From an uncultured Bacillota bacterium (lineage in GTDB: Bacteria > Bacillota > Clostridia > Christensenellales > UBA1242), in the NCBI GenBank assembly GCA_938034555.1, contig CALHLT010000025.1:27469-91468 (forward strand): a DNA stretch of 64,000 nt. Reading direction: 5' to 3'. The first letter of the stretch is position 1; the number at the start of each line of letters is the position of its first letter. A program made the translations under genes and the position numbers. The notes under the pieces are model-generated. The model saw only the letters and a program-made list of their open reading frames with translations, did not search any database and had not been told where the DNA came from. Shown here piece by piece: positions 38,074 to 46,231 of the stretch.

Positions 38074-38315
38074 ACCCTGACGATTTGAAAAAATATGTAG
38101 TTAATAAAGTGAGGAGATTAAAAAATTTAAAGAAATTTTTCAAAAAGTGGCAAAAAATGGGCAACGATTTTAGAAAACGTGTGGTTAACATTATAGAGAG
38201 GTATAAAAAAATTTTTAGTTTTTTTAAACTTTTTTTGAAAAACGGCTCAAAAGGGGTTAACGATTTCGAATATCGAGTGGTTAACATTATAGAGGGAGAA
38301 TTTTTTTTGAAAGGC
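38074..38315. repeat. Three degenerate tandem repeats, period ~90 bp
   Basis: Units start near 38074, 38160 and 38256. Units 2 and 3 share the core ACGATTT..GAA...GTGGTTAACATTATAGAG(A/G)G. A related motif, ggttaaaaaatgtcattatatatagaggga, occurs at 24548-24577 in E1. Confidence 0.6.
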
Positions 38316-39127
38316 ATTATAGTTCTCTTACAAAGAAAAATATGCTGGTGTTATTAAAAGCAAACAACTTAAACAATCAAACATATCTAACAAGAAAGAG
38401 TGTCACCCATTTCCCATTCCCATAATATTTATAAATATATTTTTAATTATTCTTTCATTGTTAGATAAGAAAAGAAAATTTAATAAAGAAAAGAATTTTA
38501 AGTGCTGGCATGGTTGATAGACGTGAATGCAAAACTTATTCCGGCCGTTTTAGAAAGATGAACAATTAAGAAATCAATTTGTGGTTTCTTTTTTTGTTGT
38601 GAGAAATTTATAAAAGGAGGTATAAAGCCAAAATCAAGCCATTATGACAAGAAAATAGTGTAGACAGATAAATTATCATCAAAAGGAGGATTGGGCAAAT
38701 ATGGACTAATTAAACAACTTTAACACTTATTTCAAAGTTAACACTTATGCAAGTCCTGATAGAAATAAAAATATTTTTTAAATTATGAAGAATTATGAAA
38801 AGTGATGAAAGTTGTAATTATGCATTGAAATTTCGAGGAAGAATGGCGTTTATTTTAACGAGCAGGATAAGAGATTGGCTCAAAATGACTTTTTAAGTGC
38901 TTGAAAGCCTTGAAAATACTGGTATTTTTACGATTCAGCTAAAAATAAAAAAGCATCATTTTTGAGTCATCTCCCTTAACAAATTACAAGTGTGAAACCC
39001 ACTTTATTTTTATGGTAGTAACCTACCACTTCTATCTCGCTTTGATAGTGGATAGATTTTAATAAATTTAGATTTAGAAAGAGATTGTAGAAAGAAAAAA
39101 TTTTACAAACAAAAGGAATATTAAACT

Positions 39128-39391
39128 ATGAATTTAAACAATACAAATCTAAATTTAAACAACTTAATACAATCGGAAGTTGACCGAATTTCAACTAAAT
39201 ACAATAAAGATTTTTTGGATTGTGAAGACCTTATTAAAATCACTGGACTTGGCAGAGATAATGTTAGAAATTTACTTAGAAGCAAATCTTTTCCAACAAC
39301 AAAAGTTGGTAAACGACAAGTCGTGAGTGTGCTAAACTTTGTTACATGGCTAACACTAAACAACAACCAAAGCGAGGTTCAAAATGGCTAA
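39128..39391 (+). CDS. xis: Excisionase-type helix-turn-helix protein
   Basis: CEDLIKITGLGRDNVRNLLRSKSFPTTKVGKRQVVSV matches the Xis/MerR-like HTH pattern. Its 3' end overlaps the integrase start. Confidence 0.6.
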   Translation: MNLNNTNLNLNNLIQSEVDRISTKYNKDFLDCEDLIKITGLGRDNVRNLLRSKSFPTTKVGKRQVVSVLNFVTWLTLNNNQSEVQNG

Positions 39392-40778
39392 GAACAAAGT
39401 TTTAACTAAAACACGTGGTGCCAATAATGAAGGCAGTATTTTTAGACGTAGCAGTGACAATCGTTGGGTTGGAAGCATCACCACTGGAATTAATGAAAAT
39501 GGCAAACAAATTAAAAAAGTTGTGTATGGACGAACACGGGCGGAAGTTTCAAAAAAGTTGCTTGAAATCAGTGGACGAATTCGAAGCAATTCTTATGAAA
39601 TGATTGAAGGTCAAACTTTTGGCGAACTTATGAACGAGTGGCTTATGGTGTTTAAAAAGTCAGCAGTAACACCCCGAACTTTTGAAGGTATTATTCGAAA
39701 TTTCAAATTACACATTCAGCCACAAATTGGCAATATGAAAATTTACGAGGTGGATACCTATGTTGTTCAAAAAGTGATGAACAATATGATTGACCAAGAT
39801 TACAGTGTCAACACCATAAAAAAGAACAAACATTTGCTCGCCCAATTTTTTGAGTACGCCATAGACAACAAATGGGTAACGCAAAACCCTGTTTACAAAG
39901 TTAAGGTTAGGGCTCACGACAAAGTCCACACTAATAGCGATAAATATAAAGCACTTACTCCCGAAATACGTGTAAAGTTTTTGGAAGAACTTGCGAAAGA
40001 TGATGGTAATTTTATTAAGCCGCTTTGCATTTGTTTGATGTTTGGCGGACTTCGAATTGGTGAGGCCTTGGCACTAAAATGGGAAAATGTAAATTTTGAA
40101 AATAAGACCTTAAAAGTAGAACGTGCGATTACTCAAATTCCAAAGTTTGATAACGATGGCAAAGTGATAAGTCGTGTAACAGTTATTGCAGACACAAAAA
40201 CCACTTGCAGTGTGCGTGAGATTCCAATTGCAGACATTGTTGTTGAAACGCTCCAACGTTGGCGAGAAAAACAAATTGAAAGACAAAATACAAATCCAGA
40301 TGTTACGGCTGATTTAACCGCCAAAAACGCCTTTATTTTTGCCAATGATGATGGAAGTGTGAGAACATATTTTGGCAGTCGCAAAATCTTTGATGGCTGG
40401 AAGAAACGACATAAATTAACCAATTACAATATTCATTTTCACGGACTTCGCCATACATTTTCAAATATGCTTTTTGAAATGAATGAGAACCCAAAAGTTA
40501 TTCAACAACTTTTAGGCCATCGTGATGTAAAAACAACAATCACTGTTTATAACTCTGTTGATAGCGAATATATTCGACAAACAACTGACAAGTTTAACGA
40601 AAGAGTTAAAGAAGACCAAATGCTTTTAAACGATAAAAAGCGAGAAGAAATTCTTGAACAACGCAAAGACGAGTTTGTTGCAGATATGGACGATGACGAA
40701 TTTGATGAAATTCTCACAAAACTTCTTGAAGAGCGCAAAGAAAGAAGATATAAAAAAGAAAGTGATATGGAGATGTAG
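39384..40778 (+). CDS. int: Tyrosine recombinase / phage-type integrase with N-terminal arm-binding domain
   Basis: N-terminal NNEGSIFRRSSDNRWVGSITTG (AP2-like arm-binding segment). Catalytic R (GLRIGEAL), HxxR (HGLRHTF), H (LGHRDV) and Y (TVYNSV). Confidence 0.9.
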   Translation: MAKNKVLTKTRGANNEGSIFRRSSDNRWVGSITTGINENGKQIKKVVYGRTRAEVSKKLLEISGRIRSNSYEMIEGQTFGELMNEWLMVFKKSAVTPRTFEGIIRNFKLHIQPQIGNMKIYEVDTYVVQKVMNNMIDQDYSVNTIKKNKHLLAQFFEYAIDNKWVTQNPVYKVKVRAHDKVHTNSDKYKALTPEIRVKFLEELAKDDGNFIKPLCICLMFGGLRIGEALALKWENVNFENKTLKVERAITQIPKFDNDGKVISRVTVIADTKTTCSVREIPIADIVVETLQRWREKQIERQNTNPDVTADLTAKNAFIFANDDGSVRTYFGSRKIFDGWKKRHKLTNYNIHFHGLRHTFSNMLFEMNENPKVIQQLLGHRDVKTTITVYNSVDSEYIRQTTDKFNERVKEDQMLLNDKKREEILEQRKDEFVADMDDDEFDEILTKLLEERKERRYKKESDMEM

Positions 40779-40850
40779 AAATTTTATAATTATTTGAAAT
40801 AAAGATGAATTTTATAGATTTATATGTTATAATTACAGAGAGGAATTGAT

Positions 40851-42680
40851 ATGAAAGGAAACAAAGAAATATTTGAAGAGTTTTTTATAACTATGATGGA
40901 AAGTAAATTTTCTGGGAGTACAAGCTATGTAGAAATGCCTAATAATAATTGCTTTAGATTCTGTTTAAAAGAGTGTATTTATTGTTTAAGTAAAAATGAA
41001 AATAAAGAAAGTAATATAAGAGATTATTCAATCGCTGTATTTAATAATTTTTATAAGTTTATGCAAAAAGATATTATATTTAAAAATATCAATGATTTTG
41101 AATATAGAAATTTACTTTTAAAATTAAAGCATTATTCAGAAGGAAGTAATAATGAAGTCTCAAAACAAAAATTAGCGTATTTTGATAGAATTAATAATTA
41201 TTATTCAAAAAAATATTTTGAAAAGTGTTATTTAATGTTAATAGAATTATATAACAGTGAGAGCCCTTTAGACTTCGACGATTTATATTTTATTGAAAAT
41301 GTTTTTTTTAATGAACTTTTAGCATTAAAAATGAATTACCAATTTATTGGTTATTCTTTAGAATTGTATAAAAAGGGTAAGTTTAATAATATCTTAGATT
41401 ATATAAAATATTTATATTATCATAATAGAGACAATATGGAAATTTATATACCTTTGAAAAATTGTAGCGAAAAAGACTTGAAATTTTTAAGGAAAAATCA
41501 AGAAATCATAATTATTGAATCAGTTGTCTATTGTAAAACTTATGAAACTCGTTTTATAGATTTTTATTCATGGATCGAAAAACAAATTATTAGAATAGAA
41601 TCATTATTTAATGCACTTAGATTTTATACAGAAAGTGAATTGGATTTTGATTTGGAAAACGAGATAATAATACACTCTTCTTATTTTGATGATAAGATAA
41701 AAATCCCTTTTAAGAATATTATTTCATATTCTAATAAATTAGTTAACTATTCAAATATGCCAACTTTGATGGAGTCATTAAATAAATTAAAACAAGTTGA
41801 TAACACATTGAGTTTTAATGACGATATAACCGATGAAGGTGCAAATATAGATAATAAATTAAAAAGTGGAACTAAAAGAATAAATACTGAGTTTAATGAA
41901 AGTAGAAAGATACTATATTATAAAATTTTAAATATTTTGAGTTTCGTTGAAAAGGATAAAGATTATTTAAATCACAACTCATTTGTTGATAATTGGTCCG
42001 CATTGGAAACATTGTGTGGATTATCTGGAATTAAATCGGGGTATGAAGCGGTGAAATATTTTGTTCCTAAAATTATTCGTTCAAAAATTATCCTTAAAGA
42101 TATAAATGACGTTTTTTATAGATATTTTTCTGTAAGTAATCCTAGTTTTAGAGCTCAACAATTTATTACCTGCATTAAAAACGGAAATTTCGAATTTGCA
42201 CGAATAAATAATGCATATTTTATGTATAAATTAAAAAACTATGAAAAGGTTTTTAAAAGTATAAAAACATTTGAAAATTATTTAAAAAACATAGAAGATA
42301 TAATCTCTTATGATATAATGAGAATTTACATGATAAGAAATGAATATGCTCATGATAGCAATTTAAATGTTTTTAATTCTATGCAACAATATAAACTAAA
42401 AGTTATCGTTCCACTTGTTTTAGACGAGTTTTTTAAGGTTTTAAATAAAAACATTGATAATTTTGATACAGAAGAAGGTTTATCGTTCGATGTATTTAGC
42501 GATATATTGCAAAGATATGATGCTCAATGTGGAGCTTTTGAACTTATAGATAAGGGCTTAAAAATAAATAATGGTGGCAAAGATTTAAAAATTGATGTTA
42601 AAAATTATACAATAAAAGAAGATGAGTTTATTTTTAATGTATTAAAAAATAATACGCAACCATTTAAAAAATATAATTAG
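40851..42680 (+). CDS. Large HEPN-motif protein (Abi/ApeA-like candidate), 609 aa
   Basis: RNEYAH (Rx4H) at nt 42336-42353 in the C-terminal quarter. The N-terminal ~480 aa have no motif I recognise. Extremely AT-rich. Confidence 0.5.
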   Translation: MKGNKEIFEEFFITMMESKFSGSTSYVEMPNNNCFRFCLKECIYCLSKNENKESNIRDYSIAVFNNFYKFMQKDIIFKNINDFEYRNLLLKLKHYSEGSNNEVSKQKLAYFDRINNYYSKKYFEKCYLMLIELYNSESPLDFDDLYFIENVFFNELLALKMNYQFIGYSLELYKKGKFNNILDYIKYLYYHNRDNMEIYIPLKNCSEKDLKFLRKNQEIIIIESVVYCKTYETRFIDFYSWIEKQIIRIESLFNALRFYTESELDFDLENEIIIHSSYFDDKIKIPFKNIISYSNKLVNYSNMPTLMESLNKLKQVDNTLSFNDDITDEGANIDNKLKSGTKRINTEFNESRKILYYKILNILSFVEKDKDYLNHNSFVDNWSALETLCGLSGIKSGYEAVKYFVPKIIRSKIILKDINDVFYRYFSVSNPSFRAQQFITCIKNGNFEFARINNAYFMYKLKNYEKVFKSIKTFENYLKNIEDIISYDIMRIYMIRNEYAHDSNLNVFNSMQQYKLKVIVPLVLDEFFKVLNKNIDNFDTEEGLSFDVFSDILQRYDAQCGAFELIDKGLKINNGGKDLKIDVKNYTIKEDEFIFNVLKNNTQPFKKYN

Positions 42681-42731
42681 AATCACCTTTTTAATAATTA
42701 TTAAAAATAATTAATTAAGCCTACAATTTGA

Positions 42732-42747
42732 CACCTATTGACACCTA
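42732..42747 (+). promoter_or_regulatory. Putative arm-type integrase binding site (right arm)
   Basis: cacctattgacaccta is identical to 29648-29663. A further direct repeat, ttttgtgtacctaa, occurs twice at 42827-42840 and 42849-42862. Confidence 0.4.
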
Positions 42748-42780
42748 TAGTGGCAGTTTTAGGGAGTTTTAAGGAGAATT

Positions 42781-42819
42781 AGACCGAAAGTTGGCAAGTT
42801 CAATTTTCGGTCTTTTTTT
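42781..42819 (+). terminator. Terminator after the 609-aa gene
   Basis: agaccgaaa/tttcggtct stem followed by TTTTTTT. Confidence 0.6.
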
Positions 42820-42955
42820 ATGCAATTTTTGTGTACCTAAAATGACAATTTTGTGTACCTAATGTATTTTTTGAAGAGAGTCGTGCCTTAAAAATTTGCA
42901 AATAAAAAATCGCTAAAAGCCTTTATTTATCGGCGTTTTAGCGACTTTTGTTTAA

Positions 42956-43030
42956 TGGAGCTGGTGACGGGAATCGGACCCGTGACCCCCACCTTACCAA
43001 GGTGGTGCTCTACCGCTGAGCCACACCAGC
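42956..43030 (-). tRNA. tRNA-Thr (anticodon GGU), CCA encoded, non-canonical T loop
   Basis: Cloverleaf: GCTGGTG / GCTC-AGCGGTA-GAGC / CCACC-TTGGTAA-GGTGG / GGGTC / ACGGG-TCCGATT-CCCGT / CACCAGC-T-CCA. The T loop has C where U55 is expected. Confidence 0.75.
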
Positions 43031-43100
43031 AAGTGCTGTTTTTTAATTGATTTTTGCGGTGAATTTGAGTAGTAAAAAAGTGCTGTTTTTGTTTTACCAA
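43008..43100. repeat. Right copy of the ~92-bp outer direct repeat
   Basis: See 20834-20925. Covers the tRNA 5' part, the 65-nt upstream spacer and the ttaccaa junction of the next 5'-half fragment. Confidence 0.7.
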
Positions 43101-43127
43101 GGCAGTGCACCGCTGAGCTATAGCAGC
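43094..43127 (-). other. Orphan tRNA 5'-half-like fragment upstream of the intact tRNA-Thr
   Basis: Reverse complement is GCTGCTATAGCTCAGCGGTGCACTGCCTTGGTAA. It ends in the anticodon loop, after which the 65-nt spacer begins. Confidence 0.5.
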
Positions 43128-43819
43128 ATTTTAGTCGTTTGCGTTTGGATTTTAAAAAGTTAAGCAATGAATTTTTGTGCATCCTTGGACATTTCAACAG
43201 GTTGAATTGCATTTGGGTGGGGCTTTGGCTTAAAACAATTTTGCAGATGCTTTTTTAACAGCGCGAGGCACAATTTTTTACATTTTGCGCCGCCCAAATA
43301 TTTGTGCAAGAGCTAAAATTTGTTTTACGAAGGAATGCACCTCTATTTAGCGTTTGATTTTTCGCCTTTAATTTTTGAATTTTTAAGTTCTTAAAGGCGG
43401 CGAATACTTTTTTTGTACTTAAATCCTAACGCATGTTAGAGTCTACCTTATTTTGTTTTTTATGTCAAGAAAAATGGAACATATTAATTTAATATTTATG
43501 AGAAACAAGCAGAGGGGTGAATTTGTTAAGTGTGTTCTTCGTGATTTTCTAATTTAATTGTTTTAAACTTGAATTAATTTTCTATTTCTAAAAAAACATC
43601 ATATTAAGCAAACTAAGCAGATTGGGAAGTCTATCTATTCTTTAATTCTTCTTTTTGTTTTATTAAAAATTTATTGCGTTTTCTTTTGCTTTTGTAAGGT
43701 TGGGACTATAAAGTTGTTTTTTGCCTTTTTGATGTCATTTACTCGGTCTAATTTTTTCTTAAACTTTTTAGATTTCACTAAAAATTTTTAAAGGTTATTA
43801 AGTGGGGGCGCAATAAATT

Positions 43820-44302
43820 TTACAACTTTTTAAATACTGTTATCATTCTGTCTTCGTAATCATTTTTATAATAAAAATTCTTTGCATTTTTATTATATGC
43901 AAACACATCAATTTCAGCAAACTCACAGTTTATTGATTTGAAATAACTTTCAATATGTTTTAATAATTTTGTTCCAACGCCTTTCGTTTGGCTGTTTTTA
44001 TCAACAATTAGTTCTGAAACTATTCCTTTTTTAGGGCAGGAATAATCTAGGTTATCTCTTTCATCATATTTTTGAACAAAACCGGCAACCATGCCAACAA
44101 CGTTATTCCCTTCCGTTGCGATAAATATTTTACCTTGATTCTCGATGCAATCTTTCAGCATAAATTCAAAATATTTTTCTCTATAATCCTTTGAGATAAT
44201 GTTAAGGTTATATTTATCAATTGAAATAACGAATTTTTGCAAATCAATAAGTAAGTTTTTAACTTGTTCATAATAGTTAGGTTCTAATTCTAAAATTTTC
44301 AT
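43820..44302 (-). CDS. GNAT family N-acetyltransferase
   Basis: VVGMVAGF...QTKGVGTKLLKHIE acetyl-CoA binding pattern (Q/RxxGxG/A). Confidence 0.75.
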   Translation of the reverse strand: MKILELEPNYYEQVKNLLIDLQKFVISIDKYNLNIISKDYREKYFEFMLKDCIENQGKIFIATEGNNVVGMVAGFVQKYDERDNLDYSCPKKGIVSELIVDKNSQTKGVGTKLLKHIESYFKSINCEFAEIDVFAYNKNAKNFYYKNDYEDRMITVFKKL

Positions 44303-44405
44303 ACTCTTTTAATATCTCCACGCTAAAATGGTTATGTGTCTGCATCATTATGGGGCGTTCAGCAAAATCAAAATTTTCAAAAAAGTTTTCTTAATAATTT
44401 TTGTT

Positions 44406-44789
44406 TTATTTTAATACAATCCAGCCGGCGCCATTGCTTCTTTGAACTTTCATTGGCTTAATTTCTTTAACATCATCAAGCCAAATTAAGGTGCAATATT
44501 TTTTTTGGAGAGTTGACTTCCAATCTTCTAATTTGTCAGTGCCAATTTGTTTGCCGTATTTTATTCTTATATCATCGACAAGTTGTGGGGTAAGTTCGAA
44601 GTATTTTACGTCTTTTACTTTTGCAGTTGCCGTCACATCTTTGCCAGTTTCTTTTAACAATATTTCATCGCCAACAGAAACTTTGTTATATGGAGCAACC
44701 TTATGCATGCTCCATCTGCTTTCAATAGTTTTTTCACCATTTAAAACCATGTCATAATATGATTTTCTTAAAATTGCGATATGTTGCAT
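44406..44789 (-). CDS. ASCH domain protein
   Basis: MQHIAILRKSYYDMVLNGEKTIESRW N-terminus typical of ASCH/PUA-like proteins. Confidence 0.65.
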   Translation of the reverse strand: MQHIAILRKSYYDMVLNGEKTIESRWSMHKVAPYNKVSVGDEILLKETGKDVTATAKVKDVKYFELTPQLVDDIRIKYGKQIGTDKLEDWKSTLQKKYCTLIWLDDVKEIKPMKVQRSNGAGWIVLK

Positions 44790-45157
44790 GTAAACTCCTA
44801 AAATTGTTTCTAAATAGATTATAACATAAGAAAAGGGGATTTTGATTAAAAAAAATTAAAAAGTGATAAAAAACTTGAAAAAAACTTGATTTTTACGATT
44901 TGATTTAAAAAATTTTTAGTTTCATTTGTTAATATTTGCATATGAACAAATTTGCACATGATTTTAATTTTTGCCGACTGGAACGAAAAGAGCGTGAAAT
45001 ATTTTTAAGATAGGTAAAGTTTGTTTATTAAAAATTTTGAAAAAATTACTGAGAATGTATGGAAAATTTTAAAAAGAGAAGTATATTATAACCGAACAAA
45101 TGGTCGGCCAATGAGGTATGGGCCAACAGACAAAAGATAAAATAGGATGGGGAAATT

Positions 45158-45550
45158 ATGAAAGTTAGAAATGACTTGGCTTTTAAAGAAAAAAAAGAAC
45201 AAATCATGCAATCGTGCTTTGAATGTTTTGCTGAGAACGGATTGTATGGAACGGGAATTGCTTCTCTTGCGAAACACTCGAACATTCCGAAATCGACATT
45301 ATATGTGTATTTTTCAAGCATTGACGAACTTATAACGCAATCAACAGAATATTGTATGTCAAAAATTGAAGGCGACTTTATGCTTAAATCCCCAAAAAGC
45401 ATTGATGACGTTGAAGCATTTATTGATGATGTTCCATATTGGACGGCAGAACGGCATGGAAAAAAATATAGACTTATGTATCAAGTTTACACTCATCCAA
45501 AATATATTGAGAATGGCAAAAGTTTTTGCGCTGGCTTACCTTCTTCTTGA
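45158..45550 (+). CDS. TetR family regulator, short (possibly 3'-truncated)
   Basis: HTH block IMQSCFECFAENGLYGTGIASLAKHSNIPKSTLYVYF. Only 130 aa, where the family is usually around 190 aa. Confidence 0.65.
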   Translation: MKVRNDLAFKEKKEQIMQSCFECFAENGLYGTGIASLAKHSNIPKSTLYVYFSSIDELITQSTEYCMSKIEGDFMLKSPKSIDDVEAFIDDVPYWTAERHGKKYRLMYQVYTHPKYIENGKSFCAGLPSS

Positions 45551-45582
45551 ATTAAATTATATAAATTTGTTTTTGATTAGTT

Positions 45583-46131
45583 TTATTGTTCAAATTCCTT
45601 TCGGGTTATGGCAAACATGAGCATGTCGTGGTAGCCGTCGGAAAGTTTGATGTTGTCTTTCAAAACGCCTTCTTGAATTAGGTTGCATTTTTCCATAACT
45701 CGCCTTGAAGCAATGTTTTTCTCGGCGCAACCTCCTTCAAACCTGTTAACTTCAATAACATTAAACGCAAAATCTTTTGCCGCGTTTAGCGCTTCGGTCA
45801 TAAATCCTTTTGAGGTGAAACGGTTGTCAATTGCATAACTAAACGTGACGCAGTCGATTATGGCGTTAACTCTAAAGTTAATTGCGCCAATAATTTGATT
45901 TGTTTCTTTAAGGACGATAACCCAGTTATAGTAGTTTAAATCTTTATATCTTTCGTCAATTCCGCTTAAAAATTCTTCTTCCATTGCAAGTGTTATTGGT
46001 TCTTTCGCGGCATAGTATAAAAATTCCTTTTGATTTCGAAACCCCTCAACAAATTCTTTTCCATCATTTTTCGTGATTTGTCTTAAAATAAGTCTTTCTG
46101 TTTCAATTTCTTGAGTTCCAACGCTTTTCAA
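45583..46131 (-). CDS. GNAT acetyltransferase, RimJ/RimL-like
   Basis: ETERLILRQITKND start, and FTSKGFMTEALNAAKDFAF plus ENIASRRVMEKCN blocks. Confidence 0.8.
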   Translation of the reverse strand: MKSVGTQEIETERLILRQITKNDGKEFVEGFRNQKEFLYYAAKEPITLAMEEEFLSGIDERYKDLNYYNWVIVLKETNQIIGAINFRVNAIIDCVTFSYAIDNRFTSKGFMTEALNAAKDFAFNVIEVNRFEGGCAEKNIASRRVMEKCNLIQEGVLKDNIKLSDGYHDMLMFAITRKEFEQ

Positions 46132-46231
46132 TTTTTCTCTCCTTAAGTTTTTTTCAAAACAATTATATCACAGCAACTTAAAATTTTTACTTAAAATTAA
46201 ATAAAAAAAGCGGGGGATTTCCGCTTTTTTA

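Larger units (their letters stand above)
29540..43000. mobile_element. Putative integrative element E2 (xis-int plus defence-type cargo) inserted in the anticodon loop of tRNA-Thr(GGU)
   Basis: Flanked by the 45-nt tRNA 3'-half direct repeat. Intact xis/int lie next to the tRNA-proximal end. An identical 16-mer, cacctattgacaccta, occurs inside both ends. Confidence 0.65.

Noticed and set aside
38074-38315. Considered a CRISPR array.
   Set aside because: There are only three units, the period is about 90 bp, and the units are degenerate throughout rather than conserved 25-40-nt repeats separated by unique spacers. No cas genes are present in the window.
38057-38357. Two overlapping ORFs on opposite strands with internally repeated peptides (…VVNIIE… appears twice).
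   Set aside because: The periodicity comes from the ~90-bp DNA tandem repeats. Both strands are open only because of AT-rich repeats, there is no RBS, and the products are implausible.
42994-43212. 72-aa minus-strand ORF.
   Set aside because: It runs through the tRNA-Thr gene and the tRNA-derived repeats, so it is an artefact.
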